Source of the DNA: Chloroflexota bacterium
Lineage (GTDB): Bacteria > Chloroflexota > UBA11872 > VXOZ01
NCBI GenBank assembly: GCA_963662335.2
Contig: CAXXVD010000003.1
Coordinates: 96,001 to 160,000, forward strand
Direction of reading: 5' to 3'
Length of the DNA: 64,000 nt
How positions within the stretch are numbered: position 1 is the stretch's first letter; each line of letters opens with the position of its first letter. Positions 10,227 to 19,684 of the stretch are shown here, one piece after another. Below the pieces are notes generated by a model. It searched no databases. It was not told where the DNA came from and worked only from the letters and a program-made list of their open reading frames with translations. The position numbers were made by a program, and so were the translations under genes.

Positions 10227-11111
10227 CTAGCGCGGGTCTTGCGGCCCGATGTCGCCTTCCGCCAGCAGGCCGTAGAGTTCCGGCCGGCGGAAGCGCGGGT
10301 GGAAGACGCCCTGGGAACGCCGCTCGGCCAGCAGTCCCGCATCCAGGTCGGCGGTCACCATCACCTCGTCGCCGGCGTCTTCCGGCGAGGCCGCCACCAG
10401 TTGCCCCAGCGGACTGTAGATCACCACCATAGGATTGCCGTTGTACGGGCTGCCACCGTCGGCAACGGGCCCGCAGGCATTGACGGCAACCAGGAAGACG
10501 CCGTTATCGATGGCGCGGGCCGGAAAGGTGCGGCCGGCGTAGTCTTTCCAGGCCCGGTTGCGCGCGGCGTGGTCGGGAGGGTCGCCCCAGTCGCCCACCG
10601 ACCAGACGTACGGCGCGAAAATGACCTCGGCCCCTTGCAGCGCCACCATGCGGCTCGATTCCGGCAGCCAGTTGTCGAAACAGATGTTCACGCCCACTTT
10701 GGCCGCGCCAATGTCGATTACGGGCGGAATGCCCCCGCCGCGCCAATAGCCCACCTCGGCGGGAGGGATGTGGATTTTGCGCGACTTGCCGATGTACCCC
10801 TCCGGCCCCACGATCACGTAGGTGTTGTACACAATGTCACGGTCATTCTCGGCAATGCCGGCGGCGAGCATGACGTCGTGCTCCCGCGCCAGTTCGACGA
10901 GGGCCGCCGTGGAAGGCCCCGGCACCGGTTCAGACTCATCCCAAATCGCCGAAGTTATGCTGTATCCGGTCAGGCCGAGCTCGGGGAAGCAGATGAGGTC
11001 CGGGTTATCCGCCTTGGCGCGCTCGATCCAGGCGGCATGATGGCTGAGGTTTTCCTGCGGCGCCGCCGGCCGGCTGCACAGCGAGACCGCCGTGACGCGA
11101 AAGCTCTGCAT
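10227..11111 (-). CDS. carbon-nitrogen hydrolase (nitrilase family)
   Basis: FPEL, RKIH, ICFD catalytic E-K-C triad. Confidence 0.9.
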   Translation of the reverse strand: MQSFRVTAVSLCSRPAAPQENLSHHAAWIERAKADNPDLICFPELGLTGYSITSAIWDESEPVPGPSTAALVELAREHDVMLAAGIAENDRDIVYNTYVIVGPEGYIGKSRKIHIPPAEVGYWRGGGIPPVIDIGAAKVGVNICFDNWLPESSRMVALQGAEVIFAPYVWSVGDWGDPPDHAARNRAWKDYAGRTFPARAIDNGVFLVAVNACGPVADGGSPYNGNPMVVIYSPLGQLVAASPEDAGDEVMVTADLDAGLLAERRSQGVFHPRFRRPELYGLLAEGDIGPQDPR

Positions 11112-11339
11112 ATGCTATACCTCGCTAGCTGTCGAGGGCCGGCTCCCGTTCAATCGTTGCCGGCTTGTGCGGCGCATTGCCGCTCCTGCGCCTAGCATGG
11201 CATACGTCCGCGCCTTTAGCAATGCTGCCGCAAGGAGCCCGCCAGGCTCAACGGGTTCTACAGGGTTTCTCGTTAACGTGAATCAAACTGAGCGGCGCTA
11301 AACATTGGTTTCGGATGCGCACAGGCGCTTGCGCAGCGG

Positions 11340-11759
11340 TCAATACCCGGTGAGGGCGTAGACGATGTTCAGAAGTTCGAACGGGCTGAAGTGCTTGTGG
11401 AGCGTCCGGTCCGGTTGCAGGGCGCTCGCGGATGAAGAATCGCCAGGCGCGGCGCGGTCGGTGAGGAGCAGGAGCGGCACGTCAGCGATTGCGGGATCGA
11501 TCTTCGTCTGCGCATACGGCGATGCGGATTCGATAGCAGCGAGGTCGCCGTCCACGATAACGAGGTCGAGACGTTCGTTGCCGGCGATAGCGCTCAGCGC
11601 TTGCAAGGAGTCCGCCTCCACAACGCGCGTGCGCTTGTTCTCCACGGCGGCGCGTACCAATGCCCGCAGGTGCCACGCCGGGGCAGCGACGGCGATGGTC
11701 TTGCGCCGGCCTCTCGTTTCCGCGGGCACGTGGGGTTGCGGCGCGGCGGCATTGGACAT
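11340..11759 (-). CDS. atypical stand-alone response-regulator receiver domain
   Basis: DLVIVD, VPLLLLT, KHFSPFELL; AAGGAAG upstream of ATG 11759. Confidence 0.6.
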   Translation of the reverse strand: MSNAAAPQPHVPAETRGRRKTIAVAAPAWHLRALVRAAVENKRTRVVEADSLQALSAIAGNERLDLVIVDGDLAAIESASPYAQTKIDPAIADVPLLLLTDRAAPGDSSSASALQPDRTLHKHFSPFELLNIVYALTGY

Positions 11760-12010
11760 GGGCGGCTTCCTTTCCAGATTCTCTCTCGTTAGTGTACCGC
11801 ACCGGCGCCGGCGCGCCACTAGCGGTTGGCGTTGCGCAGAGCCCGTCCCAACGCGCGCAAGCCGGACAAGCGAGCAAAGTCCCATAAGGAGTTGTCAGGG
11901 AAACGACGGCCAAGCCGCGCAGAATGCGCCGTGTAGCGTGGGCACGGCGAATTGGTATAAGATGGTGTGCAAGCGCGTGTGCGCGTGACCCACCTTTTGG
12001 AGGCGAGTTG

Positions 12011-13051
12011 ATGGCAGCAACGGCCGGCGCTTACGCATTCGACCTATACCGGTTCTTCCCGGAAGACCTCTTCTGGCGCATTACCGACGTGCGGGTGGAC
12101 AGCCCGGAAGTCGTGGCGCTGGAGCAGCGCGCGCGCAAGCGGCGCACGCGCCTGGCGCCCGACGGCAAACTCGTCATCCTGGCGGCGGACCATCCCGCCC
12201 GCATGTCCACGGCCACGCCCACCGATCCGTTGGGCATGACGAACCGCCACGCCTATTTGGGCCGGGTGCTGCGGGCGCTGGTCGGCGGCCTCATCGACGG
12301 CCTCATGGCCACGCCGGACATACTGGACGACGTCTTCATCGTCAACCACCTGGTCAAGCAGGGCGGCGGGCCGGGCTTCCTGGACGGCAAGGTGCTGCTG
12401 GGTTCCATGAACCGCTCCGGCCTGACGAACACGGCCTTCGAGATGGACGACGACATGAGCGCCTACACCGCCGCCGGCATCGCCGCGGCCAACCTGGACG
12501 GCGCCAAGGTGCTGTGGCGTCTCGACCCAAATGAGCCGGGTTCCGGCAAGACGCTCATGTACATCGCCGAGGCCGTGCGCGAACTGAGCGCCATGGGCCT
12601 GCCGAGCTTTCTGGAGCCGCTGCCGGTAAAGAAGACCGAAAACGGGTACCAACCGGTCAAAGACCCCATAGAGTTGCTGAAACAGATTGGCGTTTTGGCA
12701 GGTGTCGGCGGCAATACCGCGCGCACCTGGCTGAAGATTCCCGTCTGCGCGGACTACGAGCGCGTGGTGCGGGCGACCACGATGCCGCTCCTGATGCTCG
12801 GCGGCGCGTCCCACAACGACCCCGCGCCGACGATACGCGAATTTGCCGGCGGCCTGAGCGCCGGGCCGAACGTGCGCGGCGCCATGGTGGGGCGCAACGT
12901 GCTCTATCCGGGCATGGACGACCCGCTGGCCGTGGGCCAGGCCATCAGTGAGATCATCCACCACGGCCTCAGCGCCGAGGACGCCTTGGGCAAACTGCCC
13001 CAGTACCGGGACCACGACATCGACATGCTGGCACGATATGCGCTTGCCTAA
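12011..13051 (+). CDS. Cgl0159-like class I aldolase (TIM barrel)
   Basis: LVILAADHPAR, GSMNRSGL....FEMDD, WLKIP, GRNVLYP; GGAGG upstream. Confidence 0.65.
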   Translation: MAATAGAYAFDLYRFFPEDLFWRITDVRVDSPEVVALEQRARKRRTRLAPDGKLVILAADHPARMSTATPTDPLGMTNRHAYLGRVLRALVGGLIDGLMATPDILDDVFIVNHLVKQGGGPGFLDGKVLLGSMNRSGLTNTAFEMDDDMSAYTAAGIAAANLDGAKVLWRLDPNEPGSGKTLMYIAEAVRELSAMGLPSFLEPLPVKKTENGYQPVKDPIELLKQIGVLAGVGGNTARTWLKIPVCADYERVVRATTMPLLMLGGASHNDPAPTIREFAGGLSAGPNVRGAMVGRNVLYPGMDDPLAVGQAISEIIHHGLSAEDALGKLPQYRDHDIDMLARYALA

Positions 13052-13074
13052 TCCAAAGAGGAGGGAGACCTTCT

Positions 13075-14304
13075 ATGCCTGACACCCTGCGCGGCAATCT
13101 GGCGGTAGGCCAATCGGGCGGGCCCACCGCCGTCATCAACGCATCGCTGGTGGGCGTGCTGCACGAGGCCGCCACGCATGACGCCATCGAGAACGTCTAC
13201 GGCTTGCGGCACGGCGTAGAGGGCCTGCTGAAGGAAGACCTGATGGACCTGAGCGGCATAAGCGCGGAGGCTTTGGAGCGCATCAAGCAGACGCCGGCCG
13301 CCGCCTTGGGCTCCTGCCGCCGCAAGCTGCGGCCGGACGACTACACCCGCATCCTGGAGGTCTTTCGCGCTCACAACATTCGCTACTTCCTTTATAACGG
13401 CGGCAACGACTCCATGGACACCAGCCAGCGCATCGCCGACCTGGCCGAGCGCGAGGGCTATGAACTGCGCGTGATCGGCGTGCCCAAGACGATTGACAAC
13501 GACCTGATGTACACCGACCACTGCCCCGGCTACGGCAGCGCCGCCCGCTACTGCGCCATGTCGGTGCGCGACATGGGGCGGGACGTGGAAGCGATGGCCG
13601 GCTACGACCGGGTCGCGCTCTACGAGAGCATGGGACGCCACGCCGGCTGGCTGACCGCCGCCAGTTGCCTGGGCAAACGGGACGAGATCGATCCGCCCCA
13701 CCTGGTCTACCTGCCGGAGATTCCCTTTAGCGAGGAAAAGTTCCTGGATGACGTATCGCGCTGCTTCGTGAAGCACGGCTTCGCCACGGTGGCGGTGGCG
13801 GAGATGCTGAAGACGGCGGAAGGCGACATCGTCGGCCTCTCCGAAGCGACGGTGAACTCGGATTCGTTCGGCCACATCATCGTGGCGGGCAGCGCCAACT
13901 ACCTGGCGCGCCAAATACGCGAGCGGCTGGGCATCAAGGCGCGCGCCAACCGGCCGGGCACCCTGCAGCGCTCGTCGATGGTCGCCGCCTCCCAGGTGGA
14001 CCGGGACGAGGCCTACATGGTCGGCCAGGCGGCGGTGCGCGAGGCGGTCGGCGGCGCCGGCGGCGTGATGATTACGCTGGAACGCACCAGCAACGACCCG
14101 TACGAGTGCACCACCGGCACGGCGGCGCTGGGCACGGTGGCCAACGCCGAGAACTACCTGCCCCGCGCGTTCATCAACAAAGAGGGCAATATGCCGTCGG
14201 ACGAGTTCCGCGCCTACGCCGAACCGCTGATCGGCGAGCCGCTGCCGCCCGTGGGCCGTTTTGCGGTGCAAGCGGTTGCGAAACGGACGGTGGCGGCGTC
14301 TTGA
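13075..14304 (+). CDS. pfkA: 6-phosphofructokinase, probably PPi-dependent
   Basis: GQSGGPTAVIN, GGNDSMDT, PKTIDND, MGRHAGW. Confidence 0.9.
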   Translation: MPDTLRGNLAVGQSGGPTAVINASLVGVLHEAATHDAIENVYGLRHGVEGLLKEDLMDLSGISAEALERIKQTPAAALGSCRRKLRPDDYTRILEVFRAHNIRYFLYNGGNDSMDTSQRIADLAEREGYELRVIGVPKTIDNDLMYTDHCPGYGSAARYCAMSVRDMGRDVEAMAGYDRVALYESMGRHAGWLTAASCLGKRDEIDPPHLVYLPEIPFSEEKFLDDVSRCFVKHGFATVAVAEMLKTAEGDIVGLSEATVNSDSFGHIIVAGSANYLARQIRERLGIKARANRPGTLQRSSMVAASQVDRDEAYMVGQAAVREAVGGAGGVMITLERTSNDPYECTTGTAALGTVANAENYLPRAFINKEGNMPSDEFRAYAEPLIGEPLPPVGRFAVQAVAKRTVAAS

Positions 14305-14415
14305 CGGGCCGCGCGCGGCTGCATTTCTGCCCGGGTTTGTGCAGCGGACGGCAGCGCGCGACCGCTATCCGGCCGGGTTGAACAAGGCCGGCCGCATGAA
14401 GGAGCGCCGTATTTC

Positions 14416-15000
14416 GTGTGGACTATTCCCCAGGCGCTTGGCGTCCTGACCCTGATCGCGTTCGCGGCCACGGCGCTTATCGCAATCCTCGGCGTGTGGG
14501 AACGCGCGCTGCCGGCGCGAGACGCCGCGCGCATGAGCGCGGCGGCGCGTTCGCGCACGTCGGTTCTGGCCTACGTCCGGGAGTCCGCGCTCTGGCTGGC
14601 GTGGCTCGCGGCGCTGGCCGCCACCGGCGGCAGCCTCTACCTCTCCGAAGTCCTCCACTATCCGCCTTGCGTGCTCTGCTGGTGGCAGCGGATTGCCATG
14701 TATCCCCTGGTGCTCGTGCTTGGCGCCGGCGCGCTGCGCAACGATCCCGCCATCCGCTGGTACGCGCTGCCGCTAGCGGCAGTGGGCGCGCTGATTGCCG
14801 GCTACCACACGCTGCTGCAACGGGTTCCCGCGCTCGATCAGGCGACGAGTTGCAGCGCGGAAGCGCCCTGCAACGTGATGTGGGTGCAGGCCTTTGGCTT
14901 CGTCTCGATACCGGTGATGGCGCTGGCGGCGTTTGTGCTGATTGGCGTATTGGCGCTCATTGCCCCGACGCGACCGGCGGTGCAGATGACTCGTAGGTAA
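14416..15000 (+). CDS. disulfide bond formation protein B (DsbB/BdbC family)
   Basis: PCVLCWWQRIAMYP, second Cys pair, TM helices. Confidence 0.88.
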   Translation: MWTIPQALGVLTLIAFAATALIAILGVWERALPARDAARMSAAARSRTSVLAYVRESALWLAWLAALAATGGSLYLSEVLHYPPCVLCWWQRIAMYPLVLVLGAGALRNDPAIRWYALPLAAVGALIAGYHTLLQRVPALDQATSCSAEAPCNVMWVQAFGFVSIPVMALAAFVLIGVLALIAPTRPAVQMTRR

Positions 15001-15032
15001 GAGACTTGAACGCACTTTTCTCGCTCTAGCCG

Positions 15033-15887
15033 TTATCGCAAAGTCTCAGCACTATTCTTTAGATCTGTTACTCTTGCGTCGATGCTATCAAGTATCTCCG
15101 TTGGAATGCCGCTGTCTCTTTTGAGATACTTAGCTAAGAGTTCATGCTCATCGTACGACGCAAAGCAATCGACCTTGCCTTTGAGATGAGGGGAAAGGTG
15201 CTGAACTGAAGGGGGAACGCCCTTTGCAACAGAAAACTGATATACGTACTTTAGATTGTCTTTCAAGTATCCAACAACAGGCAGAAAGTCGGCATCGCCA
15301 CTGACAAGAATTGCTGCGTCGTAGTAAGGCATTTTCGCGATCATGTCTACAGCGATTCCAATGTCCACCCCCTTCTCACCCACCTGAACGCCTCTATAGA
15401 TGATGTCCTGCCCCTTCTGTTCGAGCCTGTGCACTCGCAGAGGATGAACTTGATACTGGCCTACATACCTAAACTCTAGGAAATCCGTCCCTCGCTGAAT
15501 CTCTTCGAAAGTCTTCTCCCGCAAGCGCTGGAAATAGTCCCGCTCTTGCGTGTACCACTCATTCGCAAGTTCAACAACTCGTTCTGGCGAAAGCCCGTTG
15601 ATTTCAGGATGACTGTGTACTATGCGTTGGGAAAGACGCCTTGCGTCTCGAGTCGATACCCAAGGAGAAATGCTCTCTGCGTAGTACCAGTAGACCCTAA
15701 TGAGCCGATAATTCAGCTTCGTAAGCGCTTCGAACTTCTCAATTACCCCGCCGTAGAACCCTCTCCAGTCAAAGTGGCGCTCTTCAAGCCGATACGGGCG
15801 TCTTTGCGGTGAAGAACTGAAAGTAAAGTCTCTAAGATTGCCGCGGAAATTCGCGCCATCCACGAAGATCACCGTTCTCAAAGACAT
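15033..15887 (-). CDS. NYN domain (LabA/DUF88, PIN-fold) putative ribonuclease
   Basis: IFVDGANF, RVYWY, EKGVDIGIAVDM, LVSGDADFLP; AT-richer than the flanks. Confidence 0.9.
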   Translation of the reverse strand: MSLRTVIFVDGANFRGNLRDFTFSSSPQRRPYRLEERHFDWRGFYGGVIEKFEALTKLNYRLIRVYWYYAESISPWVSTRDARRLSQRIVHSHPEINGLSPERVVELANEWYTQERDYFQRLREKTFEEIQRGTDFLEFRYVGQYQVHPLRVHRLEQKGQDIIYRGVQVGEKGVDIGIAVDMIAKMPYYDAAILVSGDADFLPVVGYLKDNLKYVYQFSVAKGVPPSVQHLSPHLKGKVDCFASYDEHELLAKYLKRDSGIPTEILDSIDARVTDLKNSAETLR

Positions 15888-15904
15888 AGAGCAGATTCCC
15901 GAAT

Positions 15905-15928
15905 AAAAAAGGGGGCCAAATGGCCCCC
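15905..15928 (-). terminator. intrinsic terminator upstream of the NYN start codon
   Basis: GGGGGCC-ATTT-GGCCCCC followed by TTTTTT on the minus strand. Confidence 0.7.
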
Positions 15929-15972
15929 GCGTCCCAGTAGTATTGGCATGTGCGGCGTAATCACGACCGCAC
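15905..15972 (-). ncRNA. putative ~68-nt structured leader or small RNA upstream of the NYN gene
   Basis: 5' hairpin GTGCGG(T)CGT-GATT-ACG-CCGCAC followed by a terminator hairpin, lying between a promoter and the NYN start. Confidence 0.5.
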
Positions 15973-15976
15973 CCTT

Positions 15977-16006
15977 AGTATAGACTGTGGCTGCTACTCT
16001 CGTCAA
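15977..16006 (-). promoter_or_regulatory. sigma70-type promoter
   Basis: TTGACG-N18-TATACT on the minus strand. Confidence 0.6.
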
Positions 16007-16289
16007 GGTCTGATTCCTTGCCATACACCCTTTGCTTAGAAAAGGCTGCCAAGCCAAGTCTCACTGTTATCAGAGTCCAGATCGCTCACTTAGTTTTGAC
16101 GAGATTCGCCGGATGACTAGCGATTATATCGCCAAACAGAGACCTGGCCGTTCCAGCCGCATCCGCGTTTGTTCCCCGCGCGGGCATAGGGTATTATGAC
16201 CAATGGCGCGTCACGCCAGTGACGCCCGTATTCCGGTCTTCTCGCTAGAACCACAGCCTGGTTTAGCGTGCGTTGCAGGGGAGGCATCC

Positions 16290-17591
16290 ATGCCGGTTAC
16301 CGCCGTAGTTGGCGCCCAGTGGGGTGATGAGGGCAAGGGGCGCGTGGTCGACTACATGGCCGCGCAGGCCCACCTGGTGATTCGCTACCAGGGCGGGGAC
16401 AACGCGGGCCATACCGTCGTCAACCACTACGGCAAGTTCGCGCTCCACCTCTTCCCCTGCGGCATCTTCTACCCCCACGTGCGCAACGTGCTCGGCGCGG
16501 GCATGGCGATCAACCCGCAGTCGTTCCTGAACGAAATGAAGATGCTGAACGACGCCGGCGTAGAGACGCCCCCCAGCCGCGTGCGCATTTCCGAACGGGC
16601 GCAGGTGGTGATGCCGTACCACGTGCTGCTGGACGGCCTGGAAGAGGAAGCGCGCGGCAAGAACGCCCAGGGCACCACCAAGCGCGGCATCGGTCCCTGC
16701 TACACCGACAAGGCGGCGCGCATCGGGCTGCGCATGGGCGACCTGACCGACCCGGCGCACCTGCGCGCCTACCTGCGCCAGGTGGTGGACGTGAAGAACC
16801 GCCTCCTCACCGGCGTCTACGACCACGACCCGCTCTCCTACGACGCGCTGCTGGAGCAGGCGCTGGACTGGGGCGCGCAACTGGCGCCGTACGTCGAGAA
16901 TACGCATCCGCTGGTGCAGCAGGCCCTGCGCGAGGATAGAACCGTGCTGCTGGAAGGCCAGCTTGGCGCGCTGCGCGACGTGGATTGGGGCATCTATCCC
17001 TTTGTCACGTCGTCCTCGCCCATCACCGGCGGCAGCGCCACCGGCGCCGGGATGCCGCCGCACCGCATCAACCACATCATCGGCGTGGTCAAGGCCTACA
17101 CCACCGCCGTCGGCGAAGGCCCGGTGCCCACCGAGCTTGACGGGGAGATGGGCGAGACCCTGCGGGAGGTGGGCGAGGAATACGGCGCTACCACCGGACG
17201 CCCCCGCCGCTGCGGCTGGTTCGACGCCGTGGCCGTGCGCTACGCCGCCGAACTCTGCGGCTTTTCGTCGATTGCCGTAACCAAGATCGACGTGCTCGAC
17301 CAACTGCCCGCGCTCAAGGTCTGCGTGGCCTACGACGTGGACGGCACGCGCCACGAGACCGTGCCGGATACGCGCCTGATGGCCCGCGCCCGGCCAATCT
17401 ACGAGGAAATGCCCGGCTGGCAGGAGCCAACGACTGCGGCGCGCGCCTGGCACGACCTGCCGCCCAACGCCCAGGCCTACCTGGAACGCATTAGCGAATT
17501 GACCGGCGGCGTGCGGATAAGCATGGTGGGCGTCGGCCCGCACCGAGACGATACGCTGGTCGTAGACCGGCAGCAGTACGAGGTGGCGTAG
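16290..17591 (+). CDS. purA: adenylosuccinate synthetase
   Basis: GAQWGDEGKG, GGDNAGHT, GATTGRPRRCGWFD. Confidence 0.97.
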   Translation: MPVTAVVGAQWGDEGKGRVVDYMAAQAHLVIRYQGGDNAGHTVVNHYGKFALHLFPCGIFYPHVRNVLGAGMAINPQSFLNEMKMLNDAGVETPPSRVRISERAQVVMPYHVLLDGLEEEARGKNAQGTTKRGIGPCYTDKAARIGLRMGDLTDPAHLRAYLRQVVDVKNRLLTGVYDHDPLSYDALLEQALDWGAQLAPYVENTHPLVQQALREDRTVLLEGQLGALRDVDWGIYPFVTSSSPITGGSATGAGMPPHRINHIIGVVKAYTTAVGEGPVPTELDGEMGETLREVGEEYGATTGRPRRCGWFDAVAVRYAAELCGFSSIAVTKIDVLDQLPALKVCVAYDVDGTRHETVPDTRLMARARPIYEEMPGWQEPTTAARAWHDLPPNAQAYLERISELTGGVRISMVGVGPHRDDTLVVDRQQYEVA

Positions 17592-17674
17592 CGCAAGAAG
17601 ACGCTGCCCGCCGCGCGCAACGGGCGCGGGGGCAGGATGCTGAACGTAAGCGAGCATAAGGAGAAGGGTACAGG

Positions 17675-18742
17675 ATGGCAACACAGCAAGCGATTGGCTT
17701 TGGCGTGATTGGCGCCGGCGGCATTGCCGGTTCCCACACGCAGGCAATCAAAGACGCCGCCGGGGCGGAGTTGATCGGCATCGGCGACGTGGAGCCGCAG
17801 TTCGCGGTGGGCCTGGCGGAGAAACATGGCGTCACGGCCTATAGCTCCGTTGAAGAGTTGCTGGCCGATGACGCCATTCAGGTGGTGAACATCTGCACGC
17901 CCACCGGCACCCACGCCGAGTTGGGCATCCAGGCGGCGCAGGCCGGCAAGCACGTGATTTGCGAGAAGCCGCTGGACGTCACCCTGGAAAAGGCCGACGC
18001 GCTCATCGCGGCCTGCCGCGAGCATGACGTCAAGCTGATGGCGATCTTCCAATCGCGCCTGCACCCGCTCTACGCCAAGGTGAAAGAGACGATTGCCGCC
18101 GGCCGCCTGGGCCGCGTCTTCTACGCCGACGTGCAACTCTACTGGCTGCGCACGGCGGAGTACTTCGCCGGCGGCGGGCCGGTGAGCTGGCGCGGCACCT
18201 ACGAGTTCGACGGCGGCGGCGCGTCCATGAACCAGGGCATCCACAGCATCGACCTGCTCCAGTGGATCATGGGCCCGGTCGAGTCGCTCACCGCTCAACT
18301 CGGCACCTTTACCCACGACATCGAGACGGAAGACCTGGCCGTGGTCAACGCCCGCTTTGCCAACGGCTCGTTCGGCAACATGGTCTTCACCACCTCGGCC
18401 TACCCGGGGCTGGACCACAACTTCCACTTCTTTGGCGAGAAGGGCAGCATCTGCCTGACCAACGCCGGCGTCGTCACCTGGCGCATCCAGGGCGACCGGG
18501 AGGAAGAGGAGGAGCGGGAGATGAAGTCCGGCTACTCCGCGAAAATGACTGCCGCCGCCGACCCCACGGTGAAAGGCTGGAACGGCCACCAGGTGCAGGT
18601 GGAAGACATGGTGCGGGCCATCCACGAAGGCCGCCCGCCGGCCATCACCGGCGAGGAAGCCCGCCACGCCCTGGAAATCGCCGTCGGCATCCAGAAGGCC
18701 GGCAAGATTTCACCGGCGCCGGTGAACTTCCCGCTGGCATAG
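17675..18742 (+). CDS. Gfo/Idh/MocA family oxidoreductase
   Basis: GVIGAGGI, AGKHVICEKP, GGGASMNQGIHSID. Confidence 0.9.
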   Translation: MATQQAIGFGVIGAGGIAGSHTQAIKDAAGAELIGIGDVEPQFAVGLAEKHGVTAYSSVEELLADDAIQVVNICTPTGTHAELGIQAAQAGKHVICEKPLDVTLEKADALIAACREHDVKLMAIFQSRLHPLYAKVKETIAAGRLGRVFYADVQLYWLRTAEYFAGGGPVSWRGTYEFDGGGASMNQGIHSIDLLQWIMGPVESLTAQLGTFTHDIETEDLAVVNARFANGSFGNMVFTTSAYPGLDHNFHFFGEKGSICLTNAGVVTWRIQGDREEEEEREMKSGYSAKMTAAADPTVKGWNGHQVQVEDMVRAIHEGRPPAITGEEARHALEIAVGIQKAGKISPAPVNFPLA

Positions 18743-18747
18743 CCCGC

Positions 18748-18845
18748 AGACCCTCTCGTCATTCCGGCGAAAGCCGGAATCCAGAGCGCGCGCGGCAAAG
18801 ATGGATTCCGGCTTTCGCCGGAATGACAGAATTACGTAAAGGTCT
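18748..18845. mobile_element. small element with AGACC...GGTCT ends carrying the GTCATTCCGGCGAAAGCCGGAATC inverted pair (family D)
   Basis: Inverted pair 18758-18827; end TTACGTAAAGGTCT resembles TTACGCAAAGGTCT at about 43790. Confidence 0.45.
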
Positions 18846-19557
18846 TCTGAGGCGGGGCTGCCGTCACGGAGCGCCGGTAGAGGTAGGCGTTCCCCTGCTT
18901 GCCAACGACCTCGATTGCCCCCATGTGGCGCAGGCAGTAGGCGATCTTCCGGCCTTGGTTGTGGCGGACGCCGCAGCGGGCGGCGATCTGGCTGCTGGTG
19001 AACGTTTCCGGCAGTGTGGCGGGCAGGAGCGCGGCGAAGTCCGCCGGGCCGTGGAAGCGGTGTTGGGATACGACGCTGAGCAGGGTTTGGTCGTCGATGC
19101 TCCAGCCGCGCCGCCGCCAACTGCCGCGTCCGTCCTGGCGGCGGGTCTCCTCCACCTCGACCAGGAGCACGTCCAGCGCGAAGCGCGGGTGGCCGACGAG
19201 ATGCGGGATGCTCACCAGTTCGTCGAAGAGGTCGAGCAGCGTGCCGCGCTTGGGCGAACGGCGGCGGCTGCGCGCGGTGGCGCCGTTGCCCTCCAGCCGT
19301 ACGATCCACTTCCGCGCCGCTATGGGATGCGCCAGACGCACCGTGTGGTTTTCCAGCAGCGCGGCCAGCTTGCGCTTGATCTTGCCGAAGCTCCGCGTTT
19401 GGATCTCGATGAGTTCGCCGGCGCGCGCCAGGTCAACTACGTAGCCGTCCACCGGCTGCTCGGCGCGGTCGCCCGGCGCGGCGTACCAGGACTTCAACGC
19501 GGCGTGGAGCGATTTTTCGTGATAGGTGCCGATGGCCGGCGCGGGCAGGGCGCTCAT
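18832..19557 (-). CDS. conserved hypothetical protein: PD-(D/E)xK-like N-terminus plus C-terminal wHTH-like region
   Basis: EKSLHAALK...VDGYVVD...LIEIQT; C-terminal FTSSQIAARCG...IAYCLRHMGAIEVVGKQGNAYLY. Confidence 0.6.
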   Translation of the reverse strand: MSALPAPAIGTYHEKSLHAALKSWYAAPGDRAEQPVDGYVVDLARAGELIEIQTRSFGKIKRKLAALLENHTVRLAHPIAARKWIVRLEGNGATARSRRRSPKRGTLLDLFDELVSIPHLVGHPRFALDVLLVEVEETRRQDGRGSWRRRGWSIDDQTLLSVVSQHRFHGPADFAALLPATLPETFTSSQIAARCGVRHNQGRKIAYCLRHMGAIEVVGKQGNAYLYRRSVTAAPPQKTFT

Positions 19558-19684
19558 GCGGGTTTCTTCCCGTCTCATGCGCCGGGCGGTGGCGCGCTCA
19601 GGCCGCCGGGTATATGCTGGCTGCGGCGGCTTCTTCATTCCGCGCGGGATTATTGGTGAAAATACCGTCCGCAGAGGCGCGCCC

